DNA of 64,000 bases, from NCBI RefSeq assembly GCF_964204645.1, contig NC_134028.1, positions 3,472,001 through 3,536,000 on the forward strand. Direction: 5' to 3'. Origin of the DNA: Tubulanus polymorphus. Lineage: Eukaryota; Animalia; Nemertea. Shown here in pieces: positions 39,801 through 51,800 of the stretch (position 1 is the stretch's first letter; every line of letters begins with the position of its first letter). The translations under genes and the position numbers were made by a program. A model generated the notes under the pieces. It saw only the letters and a list, made by a program, of their open reading frames with translations. It was not told the origin of the DNA and did not search any database.

Positions 39801-42800
39801 ACGCCGCACGCCGCCCGCCGCACCGAGGGACGGAAAGTTTTAATTATAACGCGCAGGTCAGTGATCCGACGCGTCGTCATTCTACCGCAGCCTCGCCGAA
39901 ACCAGACAACGATTTATAATTGAAAATCCGTCGATCGCCTTCGATTCGATAGAAAAATAGACATCGATTTCAAAACAAAACTGCGATCCATCATTTACCC
40001 GCGCGTCCAGATCGATAGGAATTATCGATGTCAAACAGCTGGGCAAAATGAGAACGGTTTATCGATGGGAAATCGACAGAAATCCGGCGAAAACGCGTCG
40101 AAAACATGGCGCACGGCCTGTCAACAAGAGATACAGGATCATAGGAGTTTAGATAGTTCCCGCATCTCATGAACGATTCCACATAAATACCAAAACGAGC
40201 AATTCGAATTTCGAAGCGATCGAGTTGATAGGACGATAATTGGTTTGTTTTAATGGAAACCATTGACAGGTTTCAAGACATGTTGATGGCCCACGTTTTC
40301 TATCTTAGCGATTTCAATTCTCCTGTTATCGATTTGATTGGTAGATTTGCTCGATTTTTTTGATTTGGTGTCCTCAACAATCCCACCACGCCTGCCGGGA
40401 ACGAAACGGAGGGTTTGATTTTGAAATCGGAAAATACAGTTGTGTTTTCGGCGGTCTAAATCGAAGCATTCTATAGCGACTGCACGAAGTTACGGAATTC
40501 TAGTCGACGACGGAATCGTCTGGTGTGTTTTTTTTAAACTCGTCGTCATCGTAGACGACACATAATTTGCGGCCTCATTTACGAGCGCAAGAGCTAAAAT
40601 TACATCGCTATTTCTGCAGAGAAGAAGATCGTCAACGATGATATAATTGCGTATAAAAACCACTTCAATAACGATTCGATGCTGCATACATAATACAAAG
40701 TGTATCTCATTAATGGCAGCTCAAAACTCGTCCGACCACAGCCGCACTTGCTTCCTTGTTTTGCTAATGAATAAATTAATATCTGTAGATACTAAAGTAG
40801 AATAGCCAGTAGTACAATCAAAGATGGAGATATGACGCAATTAAAACCCACTTCTATTTGAAAAATTTAAAAACATTAAAAACGAAATTTATTTATTTTA
40901 TAATAAATCATTTATCAAGAATGAAATCGATTCATCGCGCAGAAATTCAGTCAATTAACTTGTTGCCAATATAAGGACCCGTCGTTTTAAAACCTGTCTC
41001 TAGAGAACAGTAAGAAACGTAGTGTCCTTTTTAGATTTTCATTCGCGATAAATAAATTTCAATTTCTAATCTTTTGAATTTGTAAACGGTGGATTATATA
41101 TCCTTATCATCCCTAGATGATTGTGAAATATACACTTGAACAGATTTAGAGAAATATACAAATTAAGAGAACGAATCCAACCATCAAACGATGCAGTCCA
41201 ACTACATTTCCAACGTAAAGGGAAACTAGGCGAAACGCAGAACCGAAATACATCTGTCAGGGCATTTCATTAGTGAAGAGTTATGAAATTAAATATTTTC
41301 GTTCCGTGGTCGATTTAACGACACAGTTTATGTTTCAACTACAAACGAATTTCTCTAGTAAAACGGCATCCACAGCTGCCACAGGCGGTTCCGTAAATCA
41401 AATCCGATCTATGTCTTTTTTACGGTAAATGGCATGCGGCAAAACGCACTTCGAAGAACGAAAATTAGAGATCGGTTGGAATAACTTGCTGTAGTAGTTT
41501 TCTGATTTATGATTCGATCTGCAATTAGACACACGCGGGTATAGCGACGCCTAAGTGGCGATGATCTTTCTAGAAAAATCGGTTCAATCGTAAATCAGGG
41601 TATTTTCTAAATATCGCCGCGCGTAAAACGATAAATCGGCACAACTTCGAATTCGGTAATCAATTTCGGCAAATGAAGGCACGGGTTTTTCTCATCGATC
41701 GAATTCGTTTTTTAAAGATTTTTACTTTCGAACTCGTCCAGTTATTAGGCGATAAATCTGCCTGAAGCCGAAATAACCCGGTCTGTATCATCTCACAGTA
41801 AAAGTCCGAAGGATATACTCGATAAAATGGGGCACCGGAATACCGGGAATTTTAGGAATCTTCTAAAACCGAATATCATCAAACAAGTTATCGGTAGATA
41901 TGATTGACCACTCGGTGTTTGGTATAGATTTCACTGAAAATTGAGTCAATAATTGGAAAAAGTTGATTCGAATCTAATTGAAATATGTATAGAAGAAATC
42001 GAAGCCCACTAGCGACCCTGGCGGAATCCTCGCTTGCTACAGTAGGGATACCGGTTCCCCATTGGAATCGCAGTTAGAAATAAATGAATTTCAAAACTGC
42101 AACGAAAAAACAGAACTCTCCGATAAGTTTTCTCAACAGTCAATGAAGATGAATGTCTACATGTAATCAGACAGTAGAGAGAGATTTCAGAAATTAGTTG
42201 GCGGTTTCGTGGCGGAAATGAAAAGATGCGCCGGGTTTGAAATGAATGCGTCCCGGTGCGCGTATGTCGTACATGTCGGCGCATACACAACGCGTCATCA
42301 GTAAATACAAACTCATTACGATACACGAATCGCGTCTAATTGGATTTACTGGTGAAAAATGAGCCATTACCCGAGCGAAGCTATAGCTGCTCCGCTCGGC
42401 GCTGCTGATGTCTTCTGACATTTGCGAGGGGAAATTTTCGATCGGCGACAGAAAGAACCAAATCGTTCAACTTTTTGCCGCAGTAAAAAAGAGGAATACG
42501 AATGGATCTCCCTTCGCGATTCATCGACCCGGGACGCATTAACAACTAGGCCTATAACACACGCGGCAAAGTATCATCAACATCTATACTTGGCCGCACT
42601 GGCGAGCGCGGTCCGATGCCACCAACGAGCGGCAAAGTGCCATCGCTTTACACGTACTAATCATTCAAACCAACCAATGCAGTAGGTTAAGTTAAGTGCC
42701 ACAAATCAGACCGCGAACCGCAGCTCACCAGACATGAAAACGTATGAAAATGTAAAAATTGATACTCGTACTTCATTAAATGTGTCGGTTATTATGAGAA

Positions 42801-45800
42801 GCGATCGTCTAACTCGGAAACAATCTGATGGCCGGGAACACGATTCGATTCGACAGATATTATCCGCATTTCATCCACGGGCCGCAGGACAGCCGCTAAT
42901 AAGCTCAAGGTCAATAAATATCCGAACGCCTTTCGGATAATCGAAATTGCGGACGAGTTCGAACAAATTCTAATGGGAAAATATTGGTTCGATGTAAGAC
43001 GAATTTGCGGTTCGCGAATGAATGAACTTCACGAATTAAATACGTGCACACTCACTCTCTCGATACCGAGCCAGGAGCAAACATTTCTAAAAATCTACAC
43101 AACCATGCATTCTATCAATTGATTTATACTTCGTGGTTCAAGGGCAACTTTGAAAATGCGTGTTAAGATTCACACGCCTCTTCAATTTAGATGAAAAATA
43201 TGTATTCGTGTCGATTTTCCATTGCTAACCCGCGGATTCTCTGTCTCATATATATTTTTAACAGAGTTCTGGCCAATTATTCATCTATTCATCATCTTCG
43301 CCGTCTGAATTCATATTACGCCGTAGTTCGTCTGAATTCATTGCTAAACACGGACTGTCTGATTAATTTGAATAACATCGTCTCCCCGCCTGTAAATGTC
43401 ACACTTATTTGGACAGATTCTACGTTAAGACCGATGTATACAATAGAGGAAAGTTCAGACGTCGCGCATCAAAACTAAAAAAAAAACGCAATAGGAAGGC
43501 CTATCCATCATACGAAACTGATCTGATGCCCGTCGAAATTGACACAATTAATGGCAAATGGTTTTATCGTAAAAATCCGATTTCTCGCATGATTTGTAGG
43601 CATTTAAGTCGACGTATTACATCTATATAGATGAAGTTCTTTTCGGAGGAGATTTCGAACCAGAGATGGATGTGCTATGTCACTTTAATGGCAGCTTCGG
43701 CTGATCTCCGGCTACGAATTCGCAATTAAAAACTAATCCTCAATATGTGTACCCTAATGTACAGTTGAGACTGGTAATAATGACGTGCGCGTAATATCTC
43801 ACACGATCTGGAGGGGAACGAAGTCGCGCGGTGTCGGAAATAATCCGATACACCGAATACGATCAAAAATTCCGGATAAGTTTGATTCTAATGTCCGCCC
43901 GCATCATTGGATAAATTTCCTACTGGAATCTGATGACGACGTTTAGCAGGGCCTTGAAACGACCGATCCGATCAGATCAACTTCTGATGAACAACGAAGC
44001 TGTATTCCTTGAACAACAATCAGAGGTTATTTGATGTCGACTAACAAGACTTCATCCATTATCCGGTTTCTCGTATTAACTAATTACAAATTTAAAGAAT
44101 CCACGCCAATTGACATGTTCGCTTCGGAGGAAATGGCTAATCAAACTACTAAAGATACCCCCATACGGATCTATTGACAATAATAGACATGCTGTCGGCT
44201 AAGTACGCACTTGCGCTAATTGCTCGACGGAGCTTTGAGTGGAAAAATCATCATTTTACCAATTTGTCTCGCGACTTTGTTTCAACACTCGAACGATTCG
44301 TCAGTTCAACCGATCTATTGATCACTGTAATTAACGTGCGAAGACTTTAAAGTCAGAGCAGCCTCGTGTGGCTGATGACTATCGGTAGTGCGTTGATGAA
44401 AAAAAAATCCAAGGACCCGGCGAGGCGAGCGATTAACATCAAAGAGGTAAAAAACAGGGTGGCCACTTTCCCCCCCATTTACAAATATCCTGAGTTTTTT
44501 ACGTTACAACACAAAATCTCTGCGTGGATCTGCAGGTGAGGAGAAATTTCCTGGCTAAAAATGTTACAGGTTATTTTTATTTTTCATGAATTACGTATTG
44601 AAAAAAAGCATCACATATCTGACAAAATATGTCGTATTCCCAGTCGACGGGCACCACTCCGTATAAGCATATACGCGGCTATATCGTTTTAAGTACAAAA
44701 AGAGAAGGGAAAAGCAGAATCCGTATTGGCACTATACATGCAACCCAGCAGATCGTGCGTCACGCTATATAGACCAGCGCGGAGAAAAATACAATGAGCC
44801 AATGAACAAAAAAAAGACAAATGACAAAAAATAACTACGACCATGGGAATAAACACCGACACAAACTTGTAGCCGTCTCGGGTAAATGTTTGCCTTAATT
44901 ACGTCTGGATAACGAGCCAAACGGGACGCGGCAATGCAGATCAGAAATGACAAGAGCGACCACCGGAGACACAGGCCCCACTTCTTATACATCCAACGCA
45001 TAGGACTTAACAAAAAATTCAATGATCAAGACTTCGGTTTTTCTGTTATTTATCATACGGCGAATAAATTTCTCATTCTACGATGGAGATACAAGCCGCC
45101 GAATACGAACAACGATTAAAAACGTATCAGTCATATATCGCCCGACACGAGAATATACGCGGTATATACACATAGTGATGAATGATGACATCGTTTTGCG
45201 ATATATTCGAATCTTTCGAGACGAAAAGACCGCAGAAAAATAGACAATCTTACCACGTTAGTTTGAATACATGTATCATAATTTCACCAAACTTCGAACA
45301 GTATGATATACAACAAAATCTCAAAATACAAAAGAAAATCCAGTCCAAAGAGAGTCCTTGAGCTGAGGTTTATTCATTTATTTCAAGGTTTCGTTCTAAA
45401 CAGTCATCTTGACTTCAGGACCATTCAGGACACCTACGATTTTATCGTACATCGTTTCAACACGGACCATGGACGTATAAACTAGTTTATACGTCCATGC
45501 ACGGACTGAGAGTGTTTCATCAATTTTGTCAAAAATGATATTCCAAACTCCGAATATTATGATAGGGATTAGAAACGTTTCTGTCTAAAAGCAATAACAA
45601 ACTTTGCATCATGAGATTCAACCTTGAGCCTTCTATTCTGTTATTCATACTGACCAGCAAAAAAAAAACCAATAAATTGTTCGGACGGCTAGGAAACAAG
45701 CAAGGCCATAAGCTCGTTTGAAACACATATAACAAGTCCCAATATTCAATGGTGATTTCGTTCACCAAATCAGACCGCGTACATTACAGACAGATAGAGA

Positions 45801-48800
45801 AAGCCGAATGCAATTACTTAGTTTTATCTGATGAAGGTCCATCAACTGAACATGTATTATACCGCGGGGAATGAGGCCAATCACGCCTTTGAATCTTTAT
45901 ATTATTTATGAGGGGGGATAGTTCTCTCAAAAACAGAGGGAGAAACTACTGCAGAGAATCGATCGGTCGGAGATGGCTAGTCGATCAGCCACAGGTTTCC
46001 GATGTGTCCCGGCTCGAAGATGTACAACAATTTGTATATTGCATTTCTGAGAATTCGGCCCGCGCAAAAAAATAGAAAACTGTCTTGTCCAGTGACACCG
46101 ATCTTACCGCAATACTTCCAGGCGATGGCATCAAGTGATTGGGTTAAAAATGTTCTAGGAAAAATGGCACTTGTCAATAGGGTCTATTGACAGTTGAGTA
46201 GAACTGATACTAATGAGGAAAATCCAGTTGAGATTGTTCATGATGAGAATACAAGACTCGATCTATACACTCTAGAGAGTATCTTCTCAGGATACGAGAC
46301 ACTTCGTTTTCAGTATCCTCAGCAAATTAAAGTTTGGTTTCCAGTTTGCCTTTGATTTAGGTTTCCAATCAAGATAAGTATTGGGCTTAAATCAAATCGA
46401 ACATTTTTAAATGGTGAAATCAGAAATTTCTTTTATCGTGTCAGCATAATTTCAATTTCTAGTATTCCAACAGAAAACTTGTACCCTTGGGATACCAGGA
46501 AAGTGTCAGAATCGAGCCAGGAATGCTGACTCGGTGAAGACCGTTGATTCGCATCCGAAGCCTCTCGACGACCAAGGACGAAAACTAGCTCGCTGAAATT
46601 ACTGCGATTAAATTGAGTGAGAAACTTGATTTCGATTAACGTCATCAGTATTGACACAAACGTTCGTCGTCGTCGTCGTCGTGTGGCATTTTGTCAACGC
46701 AAAAAGAAACCATTTTAAACGCAGTTGGTAAACGCATTAATCATAAAAAAGGCTTCCGTAATAAGCAACGCTGACAGATGACAACAAGTTCGGACAATTC
46801 ATCTACGAATAAGATCGTAAATGGCAAAATTAATAATTCATCAACGCGATGTCATTGTGTCAAGACGCATTTTATCACAAATAAATGAATAATATAATAC
46901 CGATTCATCATCGTAAAATGACAAATCGTAAGAGACCGGACTCACAATGTGAAGAACAACAGCAGCAACTCAAAAAGCAACAATCAAAGCCAGTAACGAC
47001 GCACAGATAATTGTGTTTTTACGCAACTTTGAATGTGAAAAGAAAAAGTAGATGTACACGCGAAAAAGCACTTGTGGCCATTAAGAAAATTGCAATTATC
47101 AAGTAATTTGGTAAAAATTTCCAATATACCGAACTATGAAGGCATGGAAGTGGGACAACCATGTACTGTACTTTTAGTGCTATGTATCAGTTTAATACCA
47201 GTTACTTACAGGCAAAATACACTTGCCGGAAATTGTATTTGATTTATTCGAAGAATGTGCCAATAAAGAACAAGCGACGACAATTTTGTTCGTAATATCA
47301 AATAAAATGAACACAAAATAACTAAATAGGTACTACTTTACTTCTTCAATGCTTCATGCGCGAAAAATGTCTTTCTAAATGAAAAAATTTTTTAAGTAAA
47401 ATGATAGGTCCACGGTTCTTGATGCACATGCTTTCATGCATAAATACACAAAAACTACCCGCATTTATTCAGGGTCCCTACAGATCAGTCATTCCTGCAT
47501 ATAAGGAATTTTAAAGGAGAAAATTTCATATTTCAAGGATGTATCTGCATCATTTTCATATCGTATTTGCTGTAGACTCCTCCTAAAACGGTGCTGTTTA
47601 TCTCAGTTAACTGTCAATTCAGTGGTTTTGTAAACAAATGTTAATCCTTGACACAGCTTAACTTGGTTTCTAATTTGGAAACCGCCTAGTTGGGTAGCAG
47701 AAACAATCCTGGTCCCAACTGTACTGATTTAGCGGTAGTCTAAAGGGGTTTTAAAAGAGTTTCTGATATTTTGCTCAAATTAAAGGAGTTTCAAGCACCT
47801 TCAAAAGCATTTTCAGCTAAGAAGGAATCGTTAAGGAATCAAGGAGTCGTAGGGACCCCGTTATTGAAATAGCCTGGATTTGTACACATGAAATAAAGGC
47901 CTTAACGAATGAATACAATTAACCCTTTTTTCATGATGAAACTTGGTTATATCTACACTCGGGGTATGAGTTTTGATGATGTTAAACGGGAGGTGGTTTG
48001 TGTGTTATATCTAAGCATTAAGGGGTAGGGCTGATAGTTACCGTTTAGCCGGATAAATGATCATTGAAGGATATCTGTCGACAGTAAACGGCCAGGGTAA
48101 ATCATTCTTGTACATGTTGATTCTAAAACGAAAATAATTCATCGTAATCTAAGTGAATATTTCGATAAAGTGTCTCGTAAAACCCTCATTTTTGACTCGA
48201 ACGTCACTGACTCACCTGACGAATGTTATATTTTTAGCGGATTTAAAGTATTTGGCAAGTTTTAGGAAGTTATGAGCGTTGCTCGTACAGTGACCGCACC
48301 AATGCGAATAATACAACACGACGACATCCTGCAAAACAAAATTACCATAGAAATTATCAACGAGTAAGATCGTAGTTATGAAGTGCGACGATTCAAATTC
48401 AAGTTCAGTCGCATTCTGATTTCAGATGCACCAGTGGCAGCACTGGCTTACAGCTGTTACTAGAATCAACCAGACAACTTCATGTAGAGTTGAATGAATG
48501 CTAGCACAACAGATTCACAGGTAAAACAAATAATTACACAGCTGTTTAATTCTTGTATCCATATTCTAAATAGTTAATAAGATAAATACCCGCGATTTAG
48601 AGATTAAAAGTTTTAAAATTGAGAATTCATTCGATCGAAAATTAATCAAAAATGTCCTTATCAACGCCCTTCTGTGCATAGTTGACTTCATATATCATAC
48701 CTGATGAGGCTGAAGTAATAATACTATTTTCAAAGATGAATTTTATTTTTTAGTTGTGATTTTGTCACGGCTTAATCAACCAGACCACAGTAGCAGGGCC

Positions 48801-51800
48801 CAGTTTCACAAAAAAGTTTAACTAAAACTTTTGGTGTAATTACCATTGGTTACTTCATGTTTTCAATGAGGACAACAATTCAAGCTTAAACATTTTAAGC
48901 TTAAACTTTTTCGTCAGGAGTCAAATTGATGAACTCAGGAATTTTCACATATTTTCACATTCTTACAATCATAAAAACTTAAATAAATTTTGAATAAAAT
49001 TTAAAGACAAAACTCTACGACTCACTTTTTCATTATCCATGACAGTCTGTCGGAAATTAGCGGATGAAATATCGGCGACGCAAACTTCATCAGTCGACGA
49101 GGACGACAGGGAACAGGTTTGACTAGAAATGTTAGAATTGCGTCCGACTGACGACGACGACGAACGAAGATGACGCCGCAAATATCCCGACGTGAAATTC
49201 ACCACAAACTCTTCTACGAATTAGAGAGGAAAATCTTAATTAACGCATCAACGCAAAGGATTGAAAACATAGCGAAGTATTTCAATAGGATTGATGCAAT
49301 AAATGATGAGTTTATCAGAAATCTTGTTTTAAGGATTTTTATCTCAATTTATTACCTGCACCTCAACTGTCCTGACTTACTTATATTGATTCTATTTACA
49401 GGTTCATTCATCACATGCTGAGCTTCGTTCTGAAAGATTGAAATACCAGGATTAAAGATTTAGTTCCCGTACGAGCATTTGCGAAGCGGGATATTTTTCC
49501 AAACTCTACATTTTGTCTCATTATTCCCCTGTATATTTATATTGCCCTTTATTGCAGGGATTCAAACCTGACTTAGCCCCAGTACAAAACCCTGCCTGAA
49601 TAGACCCAGCGTGCATATGGTTACATAGCAGGAAATATAGACGGAACTGTTGATTGTACAATTGCTAAGGTAATAGATATAAATACAAAATAACCCTGGC
49701 TAATAAGAAATGTGATTTCCGATTAGCTGATAATGACATCACAGCATCAGTACCCAACTTCAAGCCCAGTGCGTCTATTCATGCAGGGTTTTGTACCGGA
49801 CGACAACGTAGCTTTCAGATGAGAGATACCACGAATTTTTGCTTCTTACTTTGATATCAAGTAGCACCACGGATACGTTAGTAGATTTAGGTACAGGAAT
49901 GTTTAAACGCTGCGCGAAGTCGCGATACAAATGCCGGTCGAATACGAAGAAATTCACCGTTTTATTCGTTCGATTCGCTAGTCCGGTGAAATTTGCATAG
50001 TTCGACGACGCGGAATTCGGCCGCGCTTCGCGGATGATAGGACTGAACGCCGGGTGTCCGAACGAACGAATAAAACGCAGTCGTTTACACCGCGTCGCTC
50101 GACGTCTCGTCGCTAATAACAACGACGACGAATCCGTCATCGCGAATCGTTTCACGATCGATTCCGAACGACTAGAATCGCGACGGCAGATCCGCGTGAT
50201 CTCGTGCGGTCGATAGAGCGTCAGTTTCTGCTCGCGGCAGTACGAAAAAAAACGGCGCTCGCCGCGGAAATAACGCAACGCGCGACTCATATCACACGCG
50301 TCGTCGTCGTCAACGCGTTTCGAGATTGGCGACGATTTACAAACGTCGTAGGTGGCGCTGCACGGCGATCCTCGGTCGCGAGTCAGCCGCGGGTCCGCTT
50401 CACACGACCGCAACGAAATACAACAATACTGATCAGTTAAACTATACGTATCACTGCTGATTGTTGGTGTGATTTGTTCGTGGTTTTGCGCGCGACACGT
50501 CGTTCTTAAAGTCTCTTGTTTCGCTCGTTGTTCGAGCTGCGCCGATTTGATGTAACCAACAATGTTATTCGTGTCAGCGGAATTGTTCGGCATCACCCGA
50601 TATTCTAATCCTAATTCCCTGAGCTGAAAAAACGAACCGCACTTATCTCAATACGGGCGCAAATTAAAAAGAAACAGTTGTTGGATATGCTGAGAGAAAT
50701 ATGACGAAATAAAAAATTGACTAGAAATTAAAGACTTTATCTGTTCAGAAAACAGCAGAATAGTTGCGAAGACAATTAACTCTTTCATTTTCAGTCTTCG
50801 ATCGCGGAATTTCACTATTAACGGTAAATGCTTTTTGAAACGGACTGAATCAACTTACCATAGAAAAATACGGATCTACATAAAAAGGGTTGTTATTAAG
50901 GAATATTATAAGTGCCGGTTGTGATCCTATATGCTCAAATAAAGCTACACTCTTTTCACCAGAGGGCGCCAACCACAAAGCTGTCACCTAGAAGAAGAAA
51001 TTCCTCATGAAAACGATACAGAATTTTAGTGTCATTTTTTTAGACGAGATATCGTAAGCGCTTAAAGTATTACCTTCTGGGCATATTTGATCAGCCATTC
51101 CACAAGTGCGGAAGATGTGATCGTATTGTTAAAACTTTGTATCGGAAATTGCTTAAATAGAGAAAGAAAACTATATCAGTTCGCGCTCGCCAGAAATATA
51201 ACGTTTCGCTAAAAAACAACTTACCAATGTTTCGTTGAGAAGTCGGAATAAAAATATCGAAGGAGCGCTCGAAATACCGAACTTAGAGGCTAAATTCGGA
51301 GACGTTATAACGCCGAATTTCCACAGATGAATAGGGTCTGAAAAAAATAGAAATACCTGTAGGTGTTTAATTAAAACCATTCAGCAAAATCAATGGTGAG
51401 ATTAGGTAGAATTTTAAAAAGTTTTCACATTTCCTTTATTACTAAGGTACTTTTACATTTAAAAATTTCTATAAAATCAAAACATCCATCTCCCACCTGC
51501 GATAAAAAGACTGATCGATGCTAAACCGTAAACACTGTGACAAGAGATAGTTTAGCTGACTAAACTAGTGTATAATACTTACACCGTTCAAACATACGTA
51601 GTGCTGCATAGTAATACTGTATGAAACCTGGAGGCTGTGGAGAAGCATTAAAATCGAAATATCCTATCACAGAATTCTGAAATATCAATTAAAAGTAGTT
51701 TAATTTTAATCTATTAGCGCCTGTTTTGTAGAACGTACTGCTTCTAAGTATTAGACAATGTGCATCAGTTTGAATGTTAACACATTTTTCAAAACTTACA

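Noticed and set aside
46975-46988. Partial miR-315-like sequence (TTTGATTGTTGCT, minus)
   Set aside because: The match stops after 13 nt and there is no star arm.
50957-50971. CTCF-like motif CACCAGAGGGCGCCA
   Set aside because: It lies inside TXNDC11 exon 8 (WLAPSG codons), so coding constraint explains it.
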